Of a stretch of DNA of 64,000 bases, positions 35,052 to 45,977 are shown in pieces; within the stretch, counting starts at the first letter, position 1; the number at the start of each line of letters is the position of its first letter. Both the position numbers and the translations under genes were made by a program. The stretch lies in the NCBI GenBank assembly GCA_047618365.1, contig JBLHLM010000001.1, positions 9,254 to 73,253 on the forward strand, read 5' to 3'. Source of the stretch: Candidatus Poriferisodalaceae bacterium. Its GTDB lineage: Bacteria > Actinomycetota > Acidimicrobiia > Acidimicrobiales > Poriferisodalaceae. The notes under the pieces are model-generated. The model had not been told where the DNA came from. It ran no database searches and saw only the letters and a list, made by a program, of their open reading frames with translations.

Positions 35052-36245
35052 TCAGCCGCCTGAGACCCTCGCTTCGGCAGCGGCGCTGAGCCGGATGTGT
35101 TCGTCGGGGTTGATCAACCAGTTCTCGGGTAGTGACACCTTGCGTGGTCCGCCGCTGTGGCTGCGCTTCACCCGTACACCTTCAGGCGGCAGACGAACGT
35201 CTGGGTCGAGGGTGCTCAGGATCGTCGTGAGCTGGTCCATCGAATCGACCATCGAGAGTTCGCGGCGCACGTCTCGACCGACCGGATAACCAGCGAGGTA
35301 CCAGCCGGAGTGTTTGCGGAACCGACGCACAATTTTCTGCTCGTCGCGGTTGGTGTCGGCGTAGAAGTCGACGAGGCGCTGGCAATGATCGATCATCACT
35401 TCGGTCACTGTGGACAGTGGTACGAGCGGGTCGGTGGGTTCGTTGCCGGAGAAAACGTCGGCCAGGTCACGGAACAACCATGGGCGCCCCAAACATCCGC
35501 GGCCGACGACGACGCCAGCGCATCCGGTGGAGCGCATCATTCGCATAGCGTCGAATGCTTCCCAGATGTCGCCGTTGCCAAACACCGGTATGTCGACTGC
35601 CTCGACCAGTTCGCCAATGGCGGACCAATCGGCGTGCCCGCTGTAGAGCTCGCGGACCGTGCGCCCGTGCAGAGCCAGAGCAACAACGCCCTCGTCCTGT
35701 GCGATGCGACCCGTCTCGAGGAACGTCAGGTGGTCGTCATCGATGCCCTTGCGGAACTTGATCGTGACCGGGATGTCTCCGGCTGTTTGAACCGCAGCGT
35801 GAATGACCTCGCGCAGCAAGCGGCGTTTGGCGGGAAGTGCGCCGCCACCACCCTGGCGGGTGACCTTGGGTGCTGGGCAACCGAAGTTCATGTCGATGTG
35901 GTCGACGCGACCCTCGCCAACCAGACGCTCGACCGCAGCACGGGTGTAGAGCGGGTCGGTCGTGTAGAGCTGAATGCTGCGAGGCGATTCGGTTGGTCCG
36001 AATTCGGCGAGCTTCCAGGTGTTCTCGTTGTTCTCGACCAGAGCCCTGGCAGTGATCATCTGGTTCACGTACAGACCTGCGCCGAACTGACTGCACAGGG
36101 CACGGAACGGCCAGTCGGTCACGCCTGCCATTGGGGCGAGAATGACTGGAATTGGAAGGTCGATCGGGCCGATGCTGACGGGAGCGAACTCGCCCGGCGC
36201 GGCGGGAGCGATGCCCTCGTTCATCGGGCTGCGGTAGCTGCTCAT
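35052..36245 (-). CDS. dus: tRNA-dihydrouridine synthase
   Basis: LAPMAGVTDWPFR, DMNFGCPAPKV, KFRKG, ALHGRT and GNGDI. Confidence 0.9.
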   Translation of the reverse strand: MSSYRSPMNEGIAPAAPGEFAPVSIGPIDLPIPVILAPMAGVTDWPFRALCSQFGAGLYVNQMITARALVENNENTWKLAEFGPTESPRSIQLYTTDPLYTRAAVERLVGEGRVDHIDMNFGCPAPKVTRQGGGGALPAKRRLLREVIHAAVQTAGDIPVTIKFRKGIDDDHLTFLETGRIAQDEGVVALALHGRTVRELYSGHADWSAIGELVEAVDIPVFGNGDIWEAFDAMRMMRSTGCAGVVVGRGCLGRPWLFRDLADVFSGNEPTDPLVPLSTVTEVMIDHCQRLVDFYADTNRDEQKIVRRFRKHSGWYLAGYPVGRDVRRELSMVDSMDQLTTILSTLDPDVRLPPEGVRVKRSHSGGPRKVSLPENWLINPDEHIRLSAAAEARVSGG

Positions 36246-36835
36246 GAACCGACCCGTGTAACTGGTGTAACAAGTAGATCGACGCCAAGGCTCCGGAGTA
36301 GGGCTGTCGTCTGAGCGAGTGGCAGGCCGGCGACGTTGCTGTAGCTGCCGTCGATCGACTCTACGAACACACCACCTGCGCCCTGGATGCCGTATGCACC
36401 GGCCTTGTCGCTGTGTTCGCCTGTGGAGAGGTACCAGTCAATGTCGTCGTTGCTGAGTTCGGCAAACGTGACCTTGGTGGTGACGGTTTCGCTGGTGATC
36501 CTGCCGTTCATTGCGACAGCCACGGCGGTGTGCACCCGGTGAGTTCGACCGCTCAACGAACGCAACATGCGCCGCGCCGCAGCGTTGTCGACGGGCTTGC
36601 CGAGAATCGCTGTGTCGAGGGCTACAGATGTGTCGGCGGCAACAACAACTTCCGACGAGGTGGCATCCACCGCTTGTGCCTTGCGGCGGGCGATGCGGTC
36701 GACGTAACTCTCCGGGTGTTCGGCCGGCCGAGGCGATTCGTCAACGTTGGGTACGCGGACGGTGTATTCGAGCCCGAGCTGGTCAAAGAAATCGCGTCGG
36801 CGAGGGGAGCCGGAGGCGAGCACGAGGGGAGACAT
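36242..36835 (-). CDS. maf: Maf-like nucleoside triphosphate pyrophosphatase
   Basis: Trimmed to MSPLVLASGSPRRRD. ADTSV, KAGAYGIQG. ATGA overlap with dus at 36242..36245. Confidence 0.9.
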   Translation of the reverse strand: MSPLVLASGSPRRRDFFDQLGLEYTVRVPNVDESPRPAEHPESYVDRIARRKAQAVDATSSEVVVAADTSVALDTAILGKPVDNAAARRMLRSLSGRTHRVHTAVAVAMNGRITSETVTTKVTFAELSNDDIDWYLSTGEHSDKAGAYGIQGAGGVFVESIDGSYSNVAGLPLAQTTALLRSLGVDLLVTPVTRVGS

Positions 36836-36964
36836 CCCTCCAGTCTGTCGAAAGTCTGGGGCAAGGGCACGCTCAGGCCGCACGAGATTCACCCTCAAAC
36901 TACCCTTGGGCGCAGCGGCGGATGGAGTTACATCTGCTAGCAGATGAGTCTTCGGGGAGAAATC

Positions 36965-38692
36965 ATGCACGATGTAGTCATTAGGGGCGGCCGAGTTGTT
37001 GACGGCACAGGTGCTGCTGAACGGCTCGCTGATGTCGCAATTGACGACGGAGTCATCACCGCGATTGGGTCAGATGTTGGTGAGGGCCGCAGAGTCATCG
37101 ATGCTGAGGGTTTGCTCGTCACTCCTGGTTTTGTCGACGTCCATACCCACTACGACGGCCAGGCGACGTGGGATCCCGAGCTCGCACCCAGTTCGCTCCA
37201 TGGCGTGACGACGACCGTCTTCGGGAACTGCGGCGTCGGTTTCGCTCCAGCACGGCCTGACGAGCACGAGTGGTTGATCCAGCTGATGGAGGGTGTCGAA
37301 GACATCCCTGGCGCCGCGTTGTCCGAAGGCATTACGTGGAACTGGGAAACGTTTCCTGAGTATCTCGACGCGCTCGAAGGTTTGCCTCGGGTGATGGACA
37401 TCGCCACTCAGGTGCCTCACGGCGCAGTCCGGGCCTACGTAATGGGCGATCGGGGTGCGCGCAACGAGCCTGCGACTGAAGAGGATTTGGCCGCGATGGC
37501 CAAGATCGTCGAAGAGGGCATTCGGGCAGGGGCACTCGGGTTTACGTCATCTCGGACGAAGCTGCACCGGGCCCTCGACGGTGAGGCGGTTCCGGGCACG
37601 TTCGCTGGCGCTGATGAGATGGTTGCGATGGGTCGAGCCGTCGCCGACGCTGGTGGCGGAGTTGTCGAAGTCGCTTCTGACATTGGGCTCGGCGGCCTTG
37701 AGGGCCAATTTGGCGACGACGTTGATTGGATGCGGGAGCTGGCTGCCAACCACGGCCTTACCGTCACATATGCGTTGACCCAGTCCGATGCCCACCCTGA
37801 CCAATGGCGAGAGCTGCTCGACATGTCCTCGGCACCGATTGATGGTGATGGTCGAGTCATCGCCCAAATTGCCGGCAGGCCCGCCGGTCTGTTGTTCGGC
37901 CTGCGAACCTCACTTCATCCGTTCAAGATGCACCCGACGTTTGTTGCTCTCACCGAGCAACACGAGGGCGACGCGCTGTTGGCCGAATTGGCCAAGCCCG
38001 AAGTGAAGGCGGCGATCCTCGCCGAGACCACTGGGTTCACGGGTCGCTTCAACCATGACGTAGCCCACGGATTCCACAAGATGTATCCGCTCATCGACGA
38101 CCTCACCTACGAACCCGACAGTGTCGACAGTGTCGCCGGGCGCGCCGAGGCAGCAGACATTGATCCTTACGAACTCACCTACGACACCCTCTTCTCGGGA
38201 GACGGCCAGGGGCTGATCTTCTTTCCCCTCACCGACTTCAGTGAAGGTTCACTCAACTCGACCTACGAACGACTCCAGCACCATGGGGCGTTCTGGAGCC
38301 TCTCCGACGGTGGCGCCCACTGCCGCCTGATTTGTGATGCTTCGACGTCGACCTACCTACTCGCCTATTGGGCGCGTGATCGGGTCAAAGGCCCACAGTT
38401 GACCATCGAAGAGGCAGTGAAGCTGATGACCCACGACACTGCCGAGGTCTACGGGTTGCTCGGCGATCGCGGCACGCTCGAAGTCGGTAAACGTGCCGAC
38501 ATCAACGTCATCGATCACGCCGCCTTGGCGTTGAAGCCGCCGAAGATGATCAACGACCTGCCCGCTGACGCGCCGCGCCTCATGCAAGAGTCGGTGGGAT
38601 ACAGAGCCACGATCGTCGCCGGCGAGATCGTTCGTGAGAACGACGAATTCACGGGCGCCCGCCCAGGTCGCCTCGTCCGCGGCCGCCGCTAA
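36965..38692 (+). CDS. N-acyl-D-amino-acid deacylase (D-aminoacylase) family amidohydrolase
   Basis: [27 protein letters not shown], and SDGGAHC near the C-terminus. Confidence 0.8.
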   Translation: MHDVVIRGGRVVDGTGAAERLADVAIDDGVITAIGSDVGEGRRVIDAEGLLVTPGFVDVHTHYDGQATWDPELAPSSLHGVTTTVFGNCGVGFAPARPDEHEWLIQLMEGVEDIPGAALSEGITWNWETFPEYLDALEGLPRVMDIATQVPHGAVRAYVMGDRGARNEPATEEDLAAMAKIVEEGIRAGALGFTSSRTKLHRALDGEAVPGTFAGADEMVAMGRAVADAGGGVVEVASDIGLGGLEGQFGDDVDWMRELAANHGLTVTYALTQSDAHPDQWRELLDMSSAPIDGDGRVIAQIAGRPAGLLFGLRTSLHPFKMHPTFVALTEQHEGDALLAELAKPEVKAAILAETTGFTGRFNHDVAHGFHKMYPLIDDLTYEPDSVDSVAGRAEAADIDPYELTYDTLFSGDGQGLIFFPLTDFSEGSLNSTYERLQHHGAFWSLSDGGAHCRLICDASTSTYLLAYWARDRVKGPQLTIEEAVKLMTHDTAEVYGLLGDRGTLEVGKRADINVIDHAALALKPPKMINDLPADAPRLMQESVGYRATIVAGEIVRENDEFTGARPGRLVRGRR

Positions 38693-38722
38693 CAAGCTAT
38701 TAACAAATAGGAGAAAATCTCA

Positions 38723-39520
38723 GTGAATCGATTTGATGGCAAGGTCGCGCTCGTTACCGGTGGAGCCTCAGGCATCGGGGCTGCCACTGTGCGCCGCCTC
38801 GTCGATGAGGGCGCCAAGGTCATGATCGCTGACGTCAACGGTGAAGGCGCCGAACTGCTCGCCACCGAACTCGGTGCCAATACCGACGCGGTGCAGGTCG
38901 ATGTCACCGACTCCGACGCGGTAGATGCCATGACGGTCGGCACGGTGGAGAAGTTCGGTCGCCTGGACGTGGTGTTCAACAACGCTGGCATCAGCTCGGT
39001 CGGCAGGGTCGATGAACTCAGCAACGAACACTGGGACCGGGTGATGGCGGTCGACGTCAGCTCGGTGTTCTACGGATGTCGAGCGGCCATTCCAATCATG
39101 CGGGAGCAGGGTGGTGGCGCCATCGTCAACACTGCGTCGATCTCCGGTCTCTTCGGCGATTGGGGACTTCCGGCGTACAACGCGGCCAAGGGTGCTGTGA
39201 TGAACTTCACCAAAGCCATGGCCGCGGACCACGCACGCGACGGCATCCGCATCAACGCCGTGTGCCCTGGAGGCATCGAGACGGGAATGACCGCCTCGAT
39301 CGTCACCAGCAAGCGAGCCCAAGTCGAGTACTCCCGTCTGGTACCGCAAGCTCGGATGGGTTTGCCAGAAGAAATCGCGTCGGCCGTTGCTTTCCTGGCC
39401 AGCGACGATGCCTCGTACGTCACCGGCCACGGTTTGGTGGTTGACGGTGGAGTTACCGCCACCACGGGGCAGCCGAACTTCACCGCGCTCGCCGAGCGCT
39501 GGTGGGACTCATTGGCCTGA
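38723..39520 (+). CDS. SDR-family oxidoreductase
   Basis: ALVTGGASGIGAA, NNAGI, YNAAKGAV and NAVCPG. AGGAG lies 8 nt before the GTG. Confidence 0.9.
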   Translation: MNRFDGKVALVTGGASGIGAATVRRLVDEGAKVMIADVNGEGAELLATELGANTDAVQVDVTDSDAVDAMTVGTVEKFGRLDVVFNNAGISSVGRVDELSNEHWDRVMAVDVSSVFYGCRAAIPIMREQGGGAIVNTASISGLFGDWGLPAYNAAKGAVMNFTKAMAADHARDGIRINAVCPGGIETGMTASIVTSKRAQVEYSRLVPQARMGLPEEIASAVAFLASDDASYVTGHGLVVDGGVTATTGQPNFTALAERWWDSLA

Positions 39521-39588
39521 TCTGGCTCATTCCGAGCCTGATCCGGGAGTGAACAGGTATCTGGGCGCGGGGCTGCGACACTGTTGCG

Positions 39589-40737
39589 ATGCCCTCCGAC
39601 GACACCTGGTCGCGCCTGCGTGATCTTGAAACGGAACTGACCGGCGACGGCCCGCCACAGCCGGGTCTGAAGGGCACGACGGCGGCTGCACGCGCCATCA
39701 CGCAGCCTCCAGCGACTCCGCAGAAGGACCCGACAGCCCCACCGGGTTCCAAATCGGAGCCAAGGATTAAGCGGCAGCGAACACCGCGAGGGACGAAGAG
39801 CGGGCCCCGCCGGCTGGTGCGTCCCGCTGTCGTAATCCTTCTGATCGTGATCATCCTGGGTATTGCCGGTTTTGGCTACGGCCGCTGGCGACTGGGGCAG
39901 ATCGAACGAGTTGATCTTGACGAGGTGCTCGCCCCCGTATCTGCGGGCGGTCCCACCTGGCTCGTCGTCGGCTCCGACTCACGCGAGGGCATCGACCCCA
40001 ATCGGCCCGATGCCGGTGGCTTGCTCGGCGAAGTGGTGGCCGGCCAGCGCGCGGACGCGATCATCCTTGTTCGGGATATCCCTGGCCAGGGCATCCGTAT
40101 GTTGTCGCTGCCTCGAGATCTGTGGATCGATCCCGCTGGGCCCGACAACGCTGGCCGAATCAATGCGGCCCTCAATCGTGGAGCGGCCGATCTGGTCGAG
40201 CTCATCAGCATCCAGCTCGGTATCCCGATTCACCACTACGCCGAGGTGGACCTGGCCGGGCTCGATGACGTGGTCGACGCCGTAGGTGGGGTGACGCTCG
40301 ACATTCCATATCCGGGATACGACGATTCGCTCGGTCTGCGAATCGGTCAAGCCGGGCCGGTCACTCTCGACGGAGCGACGGCCCTCGCGTACGTACGAAC
40401 GCGGCGCTGGGTTGAGCTCATCGATGGGGTCGAGACCCCAGATGGCACTGGTGATCTCGGTAGAACCCTGCGACAGCAAGGGTTCCTGCGAGCGCTCGGC
40501 GCGAAGGTCGCCTCGCTGCGCAACCCGTTGGCGGTGAATTCTGCGATGTCCGGAATTGCTGACTCTGTCCGACTCGACGGGGGAGCCGGAATGGGCGACC
40601 TGATCGGTTTCGCTCGCATGATCCAAAACGCCGAGCAGGCCGAGCCTTTGCCGGTACGAGGCCACGTCACCGATGGCGGAGCTTCTGTCTTGGTGATGGA
40701 GCCTGGCGCCGAGACCATCCTCGATCTGTATCGCTAG
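39589..40737 (+). CDS. LCP (LytR-CpsA-Psr) family cell-envelope phosphotransferase
   Basis: Basic cytoplasmic tail, one TM, then VVGSDSR, RADAIILV, LSLPRDLW and ALAYVRTRR. Confidence 0.85.
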   Translation: MPSDDTWSRLRDLETELTGDGPPQPGLKGTTAAARAITQPPATPQKDPTAPPGSKSEPRIKRQRTPRGTKSGPRRLVRPAVVILLIVIILGIAGFGYGRWRLGQIERVDLDEVLAPVSAGGPTWLVVGSDSREGIDPNRPDAGGLLGEVVAGQRADAIILVRDIPGQGIRMLSLPRDLWIDPAGPDNAGRINAALNRGAADLVELISIQLGIPIHHYAEVDLAGLDDVVDAVGGVTLDIPYPGYDDSLGLRIGQAGPVTLDGATALAYVRTRRWVELIDGVETPDGTGDLGRTLRQQGFLRALGAKVASLRNPLAVNSAMSGIADSVRLDGGAGMGDLIGFARMIQNAEQAEPLPVRGHVTDGGASVLVMEPGAETILDLYR

Positions 40738-40754
40738 CGGTTTCGTCGACTCGG

Positions 40755-41696
40755 CTATCGCACTGTTTCGCCGGCGAGGTCGAGTACCTCGGCGGCGACA
40801 AGCTCGTAGCTATCCCAGGCTGATCGATAGCCGCCTGCGGGGTCGGTTACAGCGTCACGAATTGGGATGTCGGCGAACGGGCTGTACGCATCGAGGATCA
40901 CGTGCTCACAACCGAGGCTCTCCAGCAGGTGGAGATCGCCGTGAACCTGTTCGAGCGTGCCGTGGCCCATGAAACGTTCGGCCTCGTCGACCGGCTGATC
41001 CGTCAAGTGAAACATGATCCGGGGGCACACGGGCGGGGTGGGCTTGCCTGCTCGCTCAGCCTCCGCAGCCAGTCGGGGTAGGCCTTTATCGCGTAGCCAG
41101 GTGGGTCGGAGCCGGATTGGGTGCCAGTTGGCGTCGAACTTCACCGTTCGGCGAAGGGCAGCGTCGCTGCTGCCGCCGACCCAGATCGGGACTGGTTCCT
41201 GGAGAGGTCGCGGAGCTGTATCGACATCGACGCAAGTGAGAAACTGGCTGTCGTGCGAAAGTAGTGGTTCAGTCCAATGCTTGGTGATGACGTCGAGGTA
41301 GTCGTCGGTCATGGCTCCACGACGGTGGTACGGAACGTCGAGCGCGGCGAATTCCTGCTGAGCCCAGCCGACGCCGACCCCGAAGATGAGTCGTCCGCCA
41401 GACAGCTGGTCGATGTTGGCGTAGGACCGTGCCAACTCCAAAGGGTTGCGATAGGGCACGATCGTCACTGTGGTGCCGATCTGGATGTTGGTTGTCACAC
41501 CAGCGAGCCAGCCGAGCATCGATAGCGGCTCGTAGAACGGTGCCGGGTAGTTGGCCGAAACGTCGGGGGTGATCGCGAGGTGATCCGACGTCAGCAGGCT
41601 GTGGTAGCCGAGCCGTTCAGTGAGCTCGACCCAGCCCAGCAGCACGTCGGGCCGAGCGGACGGCCCGAAGTTGATGAGGTTGATTCCGACCTTCAT
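40755..41696 (-). CDS. LLM-class F420/flavin-dependent oxidoreductase
   Basis: Trimmed to MKVGINLINFG. GRLIFGVGVGW and PIWVGGSS. ATGA overlap with the upstream SDR. Confidence 0.8.
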   Translation of the reverse strand: MKVGINLINFGPSARPDVLLGWVELTERLGYHSLLTSDHLAITPDVSANYPAPFYEPLSMLGWLAGVTTNIQIGTTVTIVPYRNPLELARSYANIDQLSGGRLIFGVGVGWAQQEFAALDVPYHRRGAMTDDYLDVITKHWTEPLLSHDSQFLTCVDVDTAPRPLQEPVPIWVGGSSDAALRRTVKFDANWHPIRLRPTWLRDKGLPRLAAEAERAGKPTPPVCPRIMFHLTDQPVDEAERFMGHGTLEQVHGDLHLLESLGCEHVILDAYSPFADIPIRDAVTDPAGGYRSAWDSYELVAAEVLDLAGETVR

Positions 41697-42406
41697 GCCA
41701 TGACTTCCGGCTCGCACGTCATCAGCAGCTCTGCGACGTGAGCGGTGTTGGGCAAGCGCAGCAGGGTGGCCAAGGTTGTGGCGAGGTCGCTGGGCTGAAT
41801 CATCGTCGAGGCATCGGGTCCGAACTCCGCCGTCATGTCCGTCGCTACATAGCCGGGGCAGACCGCCATGGTCCGGATGCCGTCGTCCCAGGTTGCATGA
41901 CGGGTCGCGTGGGTGAGCGCCATCGTGGCGTGTTTGGTCATTGCATAGCCGGGGGCAAAGAGACCCTTCACCCGCTTGCCTGACATCGAAACCACGTTCA
42001 CAATCCGACCGGTCCCCGTGTCCCTCAAATGGGGGAGCGTCAGCTGGATCATGCGCAACGGGGCTTTGACGTTGACGGACCACATCGCGTCGAGGGCGGC
42101 GTCGTCCAACTCAACCAACGAGGCGGTATCGGCGATGCCGGCGTTGTTGATCAGCACGTCGATGCGGCCGTGCGCCGACAATGTCGCCTCGACCCACGCA
42201 CCTTCGGTCGTCCGGTCCTCGGTGTCGTAGCGATGCCGAGAGACGCGGTCTGACCCAAGTTCTTCCGTCGCCGCTGTGAGTGCAGCGACGTCGCGCCCTC
42301 CGAGGCTGACCGTCCAGCCCTCGCCATGCAGGGTTTCGGCGAGTGCCAGCCCTATGCCCCGATTGGCGCCCGTGATCATCACGACTCGTCCAGTGGTGTC
42401 CAGCAT
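41693..42406 (-). CDS. SDR-family oxidoreductase
   Basis: Trimmed to MLDTTGRVVMITGANRGIG. NNAGI and YAMTKHA. Confidence 0.85.
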   Translation of the reverse strand: MLDTTGRVVMITGANRGIGLALAETLHGEGWTVSLGGRDVAALTAATEELGSDRVSRHRYDTEDRTTEGAWVEATLSAHGRIDVLINNAGIADTASLVELDDAALDAMWSVNVKAPLRMIQLTLPHLRDTGTGRIVNVVSMSGKRVKGLFAPGYAMTKHATMALTHATRHATWDDGIRTMAVCPGYVATDMTAEFGPDASTMIQPSDLATTLATLLRLPNTAHVAELLMTCEPEVMA

Positions 42407-42477
42407 TTCCTGATCCTCCTGAGAAGCAGCTCGCTGCATCGGGTTCGCGTTTCGAACGGCGAGTAGATTCTGCCGTC

Positions 42478-44127
42478 GTGGAATTCAATCTTGCACAAGT
42501 AATCGACGCCATCGCCGCCGCCCAACCCGAGCGGGTCGCAATGGTCCACGATCGACGGGAGCACACCTTCCCAGAGTTCGTTGATCGTTACCGCCGTCTG
42601 GGGTCAGTGATCGCTGCCGCTGGCCTCGGGTGTGGGACTGAACGCTCTGAGTTGGCCGGTCACGAGACGGGCCAGAGCCATATAGCTCTCTATCTCAACA
42701 ACGGACCCGAGTATCTCGAAGCCATGTTGGGGGCATGGGCCTCACGGACCGCATCGTTCAACGTCAATCATCGTTACGTCGCTGACGAACTCCGGTACCT
42801 CTTCAATGATTCGGGCGCGAAGGCCGTCATCTATCACTCTTGCTACGCCCCAACACTGGCCGAAGTGTTGCCCGACCTAACCGAGATCGAACTCCTGATC
42901 CAAGTTGCCGACGACTCAGGGAACGCCCTATTGCCCGGAGCGATCGACTATCACGACGCCGTCGCGGCGGCAGAGCCGATCGATCTCTCCGGTTGCTTGC
43001 CAGATGACCTCTACATCCTCTACACCGGTGGCACGACAGGCATGCCGAAGGGTGTGCTGTGGCGCCAGGCCGACTTCTTCGTAGGAGCCCTTGGTGGATC
43101 GAATCGCCGAGAGGGCCGCGACTTCGAGTCGATGGAAGAAGTGGTCGCCGCTGCGAGTCGGCGGGAGATCCGCTGGCTCACCTCTGCGCCATTCATGCAC
43201 GGCGCGGCCCAATGGATAGCGCTGCAGGCGCTCACCATGGGCCACACCGTTGTGTTGCCCGACATCGGCGACCGATACGACCCGAAGTCGGTGCTCGAAG
43301 TCTGCGATCGGGAGAACGTTCAGTACCTGCAGATTGTCGGCGACGCGTTTGCTCGTCCCTTGCTCGACGCGCTCGCCGCTGGCGCACCGATCCCTGCCGC
43401 GTTGGAGACGATCATCAGTGGTGGCGCTGTTTTGCACGCCGAGGTGAAAACCCAGCTGCAAGAAGGCTTCGGCGTCACTATTCGAGATTCGATCGGCTCC
43501 AGTGAGACCGGAGTTCAAGGGAGCAACGTCAGCGCTGGGGCAAAGGCGAGCACGGGCGATTTCGAGCCGAGTCCCGGCTCGACAGTGGTGAACGAAACGT
43601 TTGATGCAGTCCACGCGCCGGGCCACGAAGGCATCGGCTGGTTCGCCATGGGTGGGCGAGTACCGCTCGGGTATCTGGGCGACGGTGAGAAGACGGTCCG
43701 TACCTTCCCAGTGATTGACGGGTCTCGAATGGCAGTGCCAGGCGACCGCGCCCGACTGTTGACCGATGGCCGAATCGAGGTGCTCGGCCGCGACTCGGTC
43801 ACGATCAACTCTGGCGGAGAGAAGATATTTGCCGAGGAGGTCGAGAACGCGGTGAAGACCCACCCAGCGGTCTATGACGCGGTCGTCTGCGGTCGTCCCA
43901 GCGAACGATGGGGCAGCGAGGTAGTTGCCATCGTCCAGATGACAGACGGTCACTCGTTCGACGAACGCGCAATCATCGATGCTTGCGATGGAATTCTCGC
44001 ACGTTACAAGTGGCCGAAAGCCGTAGTCTGTGTCGATCGGGTTGTCCGCAGTCCGGCCGGCAAGCCGGACTACCGTTGGGCCAAAGAAACCGCCCAGTCA
44101 GCCGCAGGCGCGGAGAGGGCTTCGTGA
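42478..44127 (+). CDS. acyl-CoA synthetase (AMP-forming adenylate-forming enzyme)
   Basis: YTGGTTGMPKGV, GDRARLLTDGRIEVLGRDS and SGGEKIFAEEVE. Confidence 0.85.
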   Translation: MEFNLAQVIDAIAAAQPERVAMVHDRREHTFPEFVDRYRRLGSVIAAAGLGCGTERSELAGHETGQSHIALYLNNGPEYLEAMLGAWASRTASFNVNHRYVADELRYLFNDSGAKAVIYHSCYAPTLAEVLPDLTEIELLIQVADDSGNALLPGAIDYHDAVAAAEPIDLSGCLPDDLYILYTGGTTGMPKGVLWRQADFFVGALGGSNRREGRDFESMEEVVAAASRREIRWLTSAPFMHGAAQWIALQALTMGHTVVLPDIGDRYDPKSVLEVCDRENVQYLQIVGDAFARPLLDALAAGAPIPAALETIISGGAVLHAEVKTQLQEGFGVTIRDSIGSSETGVQGSNVSAGAKASTGDFEPSPGSTVVNETFDAVHAPGHEGIGWFAMGGRVPLGYLGDGEKTVRTFPVIDGSRMAVPGDRARLLTDGRIEVLGRDSVTINSGGEKIFAEEVENAVKTHPAVYDAVVCGRPSERWGSEVVAIVQMTDGHSFDERAIIDACDGILARYKWPKAVVCVDRVVRSPAGKPDYRWAKETAQSAAGAERAS

Positions 44128-45443
44128 CCACCACTGAACCAGTACCTGACGGCGCCCCGCCCATGACGCCCGACGCCGCAACGCCTATGACGGCAGATGA
44201 GCGTGAGGTGGTGCAAAAGCGCACCGTCCGGGTTCTCCAGGGTGGAGTAGTGCCGGGCGGCATGGCAATGACGTGTGCCTTCGCTGCGGCAGCGCTTGCT
44301 GGTGAGGACATGACCGGTAGCAAGGCATGGGGTGTGATCGCCGGCGTGGCGTTGTCGATCGGTGGCACGATTGCGACGATTCCGCTGGCCCAGATCATGA
44401 GTCGGCGCGGTCGTCGGCCGGGTTTGCGGGGTGGCTATCTCACTGGACTTGTTGGCGGCCTCTTTGCTTTCGTAGCTATCGCGACCGGCTTCTTTCCGTT
44501 CCTGCTCATCGGCATGCTGATGGTCGGCGCCGGGCAGTCGAGCAACCTGGCGGCTCGCTATGCCGGAGCCGATCTAGCGGCCGATACGAATCGAGCGTCA
44601 GCCATCGGCAACGTGATGTGGGGTGGCACGGTTGGCTCGGTGCTGGGGCCGATTTTCAGTCTCTCGGTCGCTAGTCCGCTCTTCGAGGCGATTGGTTTCA
44701 AGGAATACGCCGGTTCATACGCTGCGTCGTTCCTGCTGTTCATCATCGCTGCGGTTGTCATCCACAAGTACCTCCGGCCAGACCCGCTGCACGTGGCCGG
44801 CGGAGACGGCAAGGTGCCAACAATCCGTCCTCCAGCAATGTCGGACCTGCGATTCATAGCGTCGAACTATCGACCGTTCCTTGCGGTGTCAGGTATGGGG
44901 CTTGGGCAGGCCGTCATGGTGGGAATAATGGCGGTCACCTCACTCCACCTTCGTGACGGTGTCGAGTCCGAGAACATGATCCCGTTCGTCATTTCGTTGC
45001 ACATCGTTGGGATGTATGCGTTCTCGCCCTACGCAGGGAAACTGGTTGATCGCATCGGCCCCAACGTCGTCATCGCTCTCGGAGCGATTCAGTTGCTGAT
45101 CGGTGCCGAGGTCGCCTCCCACACCGAGGCACAACACGCCATGGGCCACTTCGTTGGGTTGTTCCTCGTCGGCACAGGTTGGAGTTTCGCGGTGGTGGCC
45201 GGCAGCGCGTTGCTCACATCGTCAACTCCGCTGGAGAAGCGAGTCGGGGTGCAGGCAACCGCTGACTTCATCATGACCCTGACAGGCGCCGCCGCCGGAA
45301 TCACTTCGGGCATCATCGTCGAGTCCCGTAGCTATGAAGATCTGTCGCATTGGGCTGGATTCCTCGCCATCGCGCTGATCGTCCTAGCGCTCGTCGGAGT
45401 TGTGCGGGCTCTGCGCCTTCGCCAGGAGATATCCGTCGACTGA
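44124..45443 (+). CDS. MFS transporter
   Basis: Trimmed to the GTG in the GTGA overlap with the upstream stop. MSRRGRRPGL (motif A-like). About 12 hydrophobic segments. Confidence 0.8.
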   Translation: MTTTEPVPDGAPPMTPDAATPMTADEREVVQKRTVRVLQGGVVPGGMAMTCAFAAAALAGEDMTGSKAWGVIAGVALSIGGTIATIPLAQIMSRRGRRPGLRGGYLTGLVGGLFAFVAIATGFFPFLLIGMLMVGAGQSSNLAARYAGADLAADTNRASAIGNVMWGGTVGSVLGPIFSLSVASPLFEAIGFKEYAGSYAASFLLFIIAAVVIHKYLRPDPLHVAGGDGKVPTIRPPAMSDLRFIASNYRPFLAVSGMGLGQAVMVGIMAVTSLHLRDGVESENMIPFVISLHIVGMYAFSPYAGKLVDRIGPNVVIALGAIQLLIGAEVASHTEAQHAMGHFVGLFLVGTGWSFAVVAGSALLTSSTPLEKRVGVQATADFIMTLTGAAAGITSGIIVESRSYEDLSHWAGFLAIALIVLALVGVVRALRLRQEISVD

Positions 45444-45490
45444 GGCTGGGATGGGCAAGACTGGTCGTCTCGAACTGATCGGAGCCTGTC

Positions 45491-45973
45491 ATGGCGTTTC
45501 ATCACGTTGCCTTCGCCACCAAGGACCTGGAAGCGACTCACCACTTCTACGAGGATCTGATGGGGTTCCCGCTTGTCCACAGCGAGCTGGAAGACCATGG
45601 CGGCGGGATTTGGATGAAGCACGTCTTCTACGACACCGGAAACAGTGAGTGCATCGCCTTCTTCGCGTTTGAAGGGATCGGCGAGCAGCCCGACTACAAG
45701 ACCGACCTGGCCGAGTCCGTCGGGGTGCCTGTGTGGGTGAACCATTGTGCGTTCGACGCTACCGAGCAGATGCAGGCCGATCTCAAAACACGCATGTCCG
45801 CCGACAGCATCGAGCCGCTGATGGAACTCGATCACGGATGGTGCCATTCGCTGTACTACGTCGACCCCAACGGGATCATGGTCGAGTTCTGCCGCGACAA
45901 TCCTGGGTTCGAACCCGACCCAGCAGGTGCCCTCGCACGCTTGCGTCAAGCCGTCGGCGGGTCGGCGAGCTGA
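45491..45973 (+). CDS. VOC (glyoxalase/bleomycin-resistance/dioxygenase) family protein
   Basis: FHHVAFATKDLEATHHFYEDLMGF and HSLYYVDPNGIMVEF. Confidence 0.8.
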   Translation: MAFHHVAFATKDLEATHHFYEDLMGFPLVHSELEDHGGGIWMKHVFYDTGNSECIAFFAFEGIGEQPDYKTDLAESVGVPVWVNHCAFDATEQMQADLKTRMSADSIEPLMELDHGWCHSLYYVDPNGIMVEFCRDNPGFEPDPAGALARLRQAVGGSAS

Positions 45974-45977
45974 TCTT

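Noticed and set aside
45905-45916. tRNA-like T-arm string gggttcgaaccc.
   Set aside because: It lies in frame inside the VOC-family CDS (…PGFEPD…), and I could not build acceptor or anticodon stems around it. I found no tRNA or rRNA anywhere in the window.
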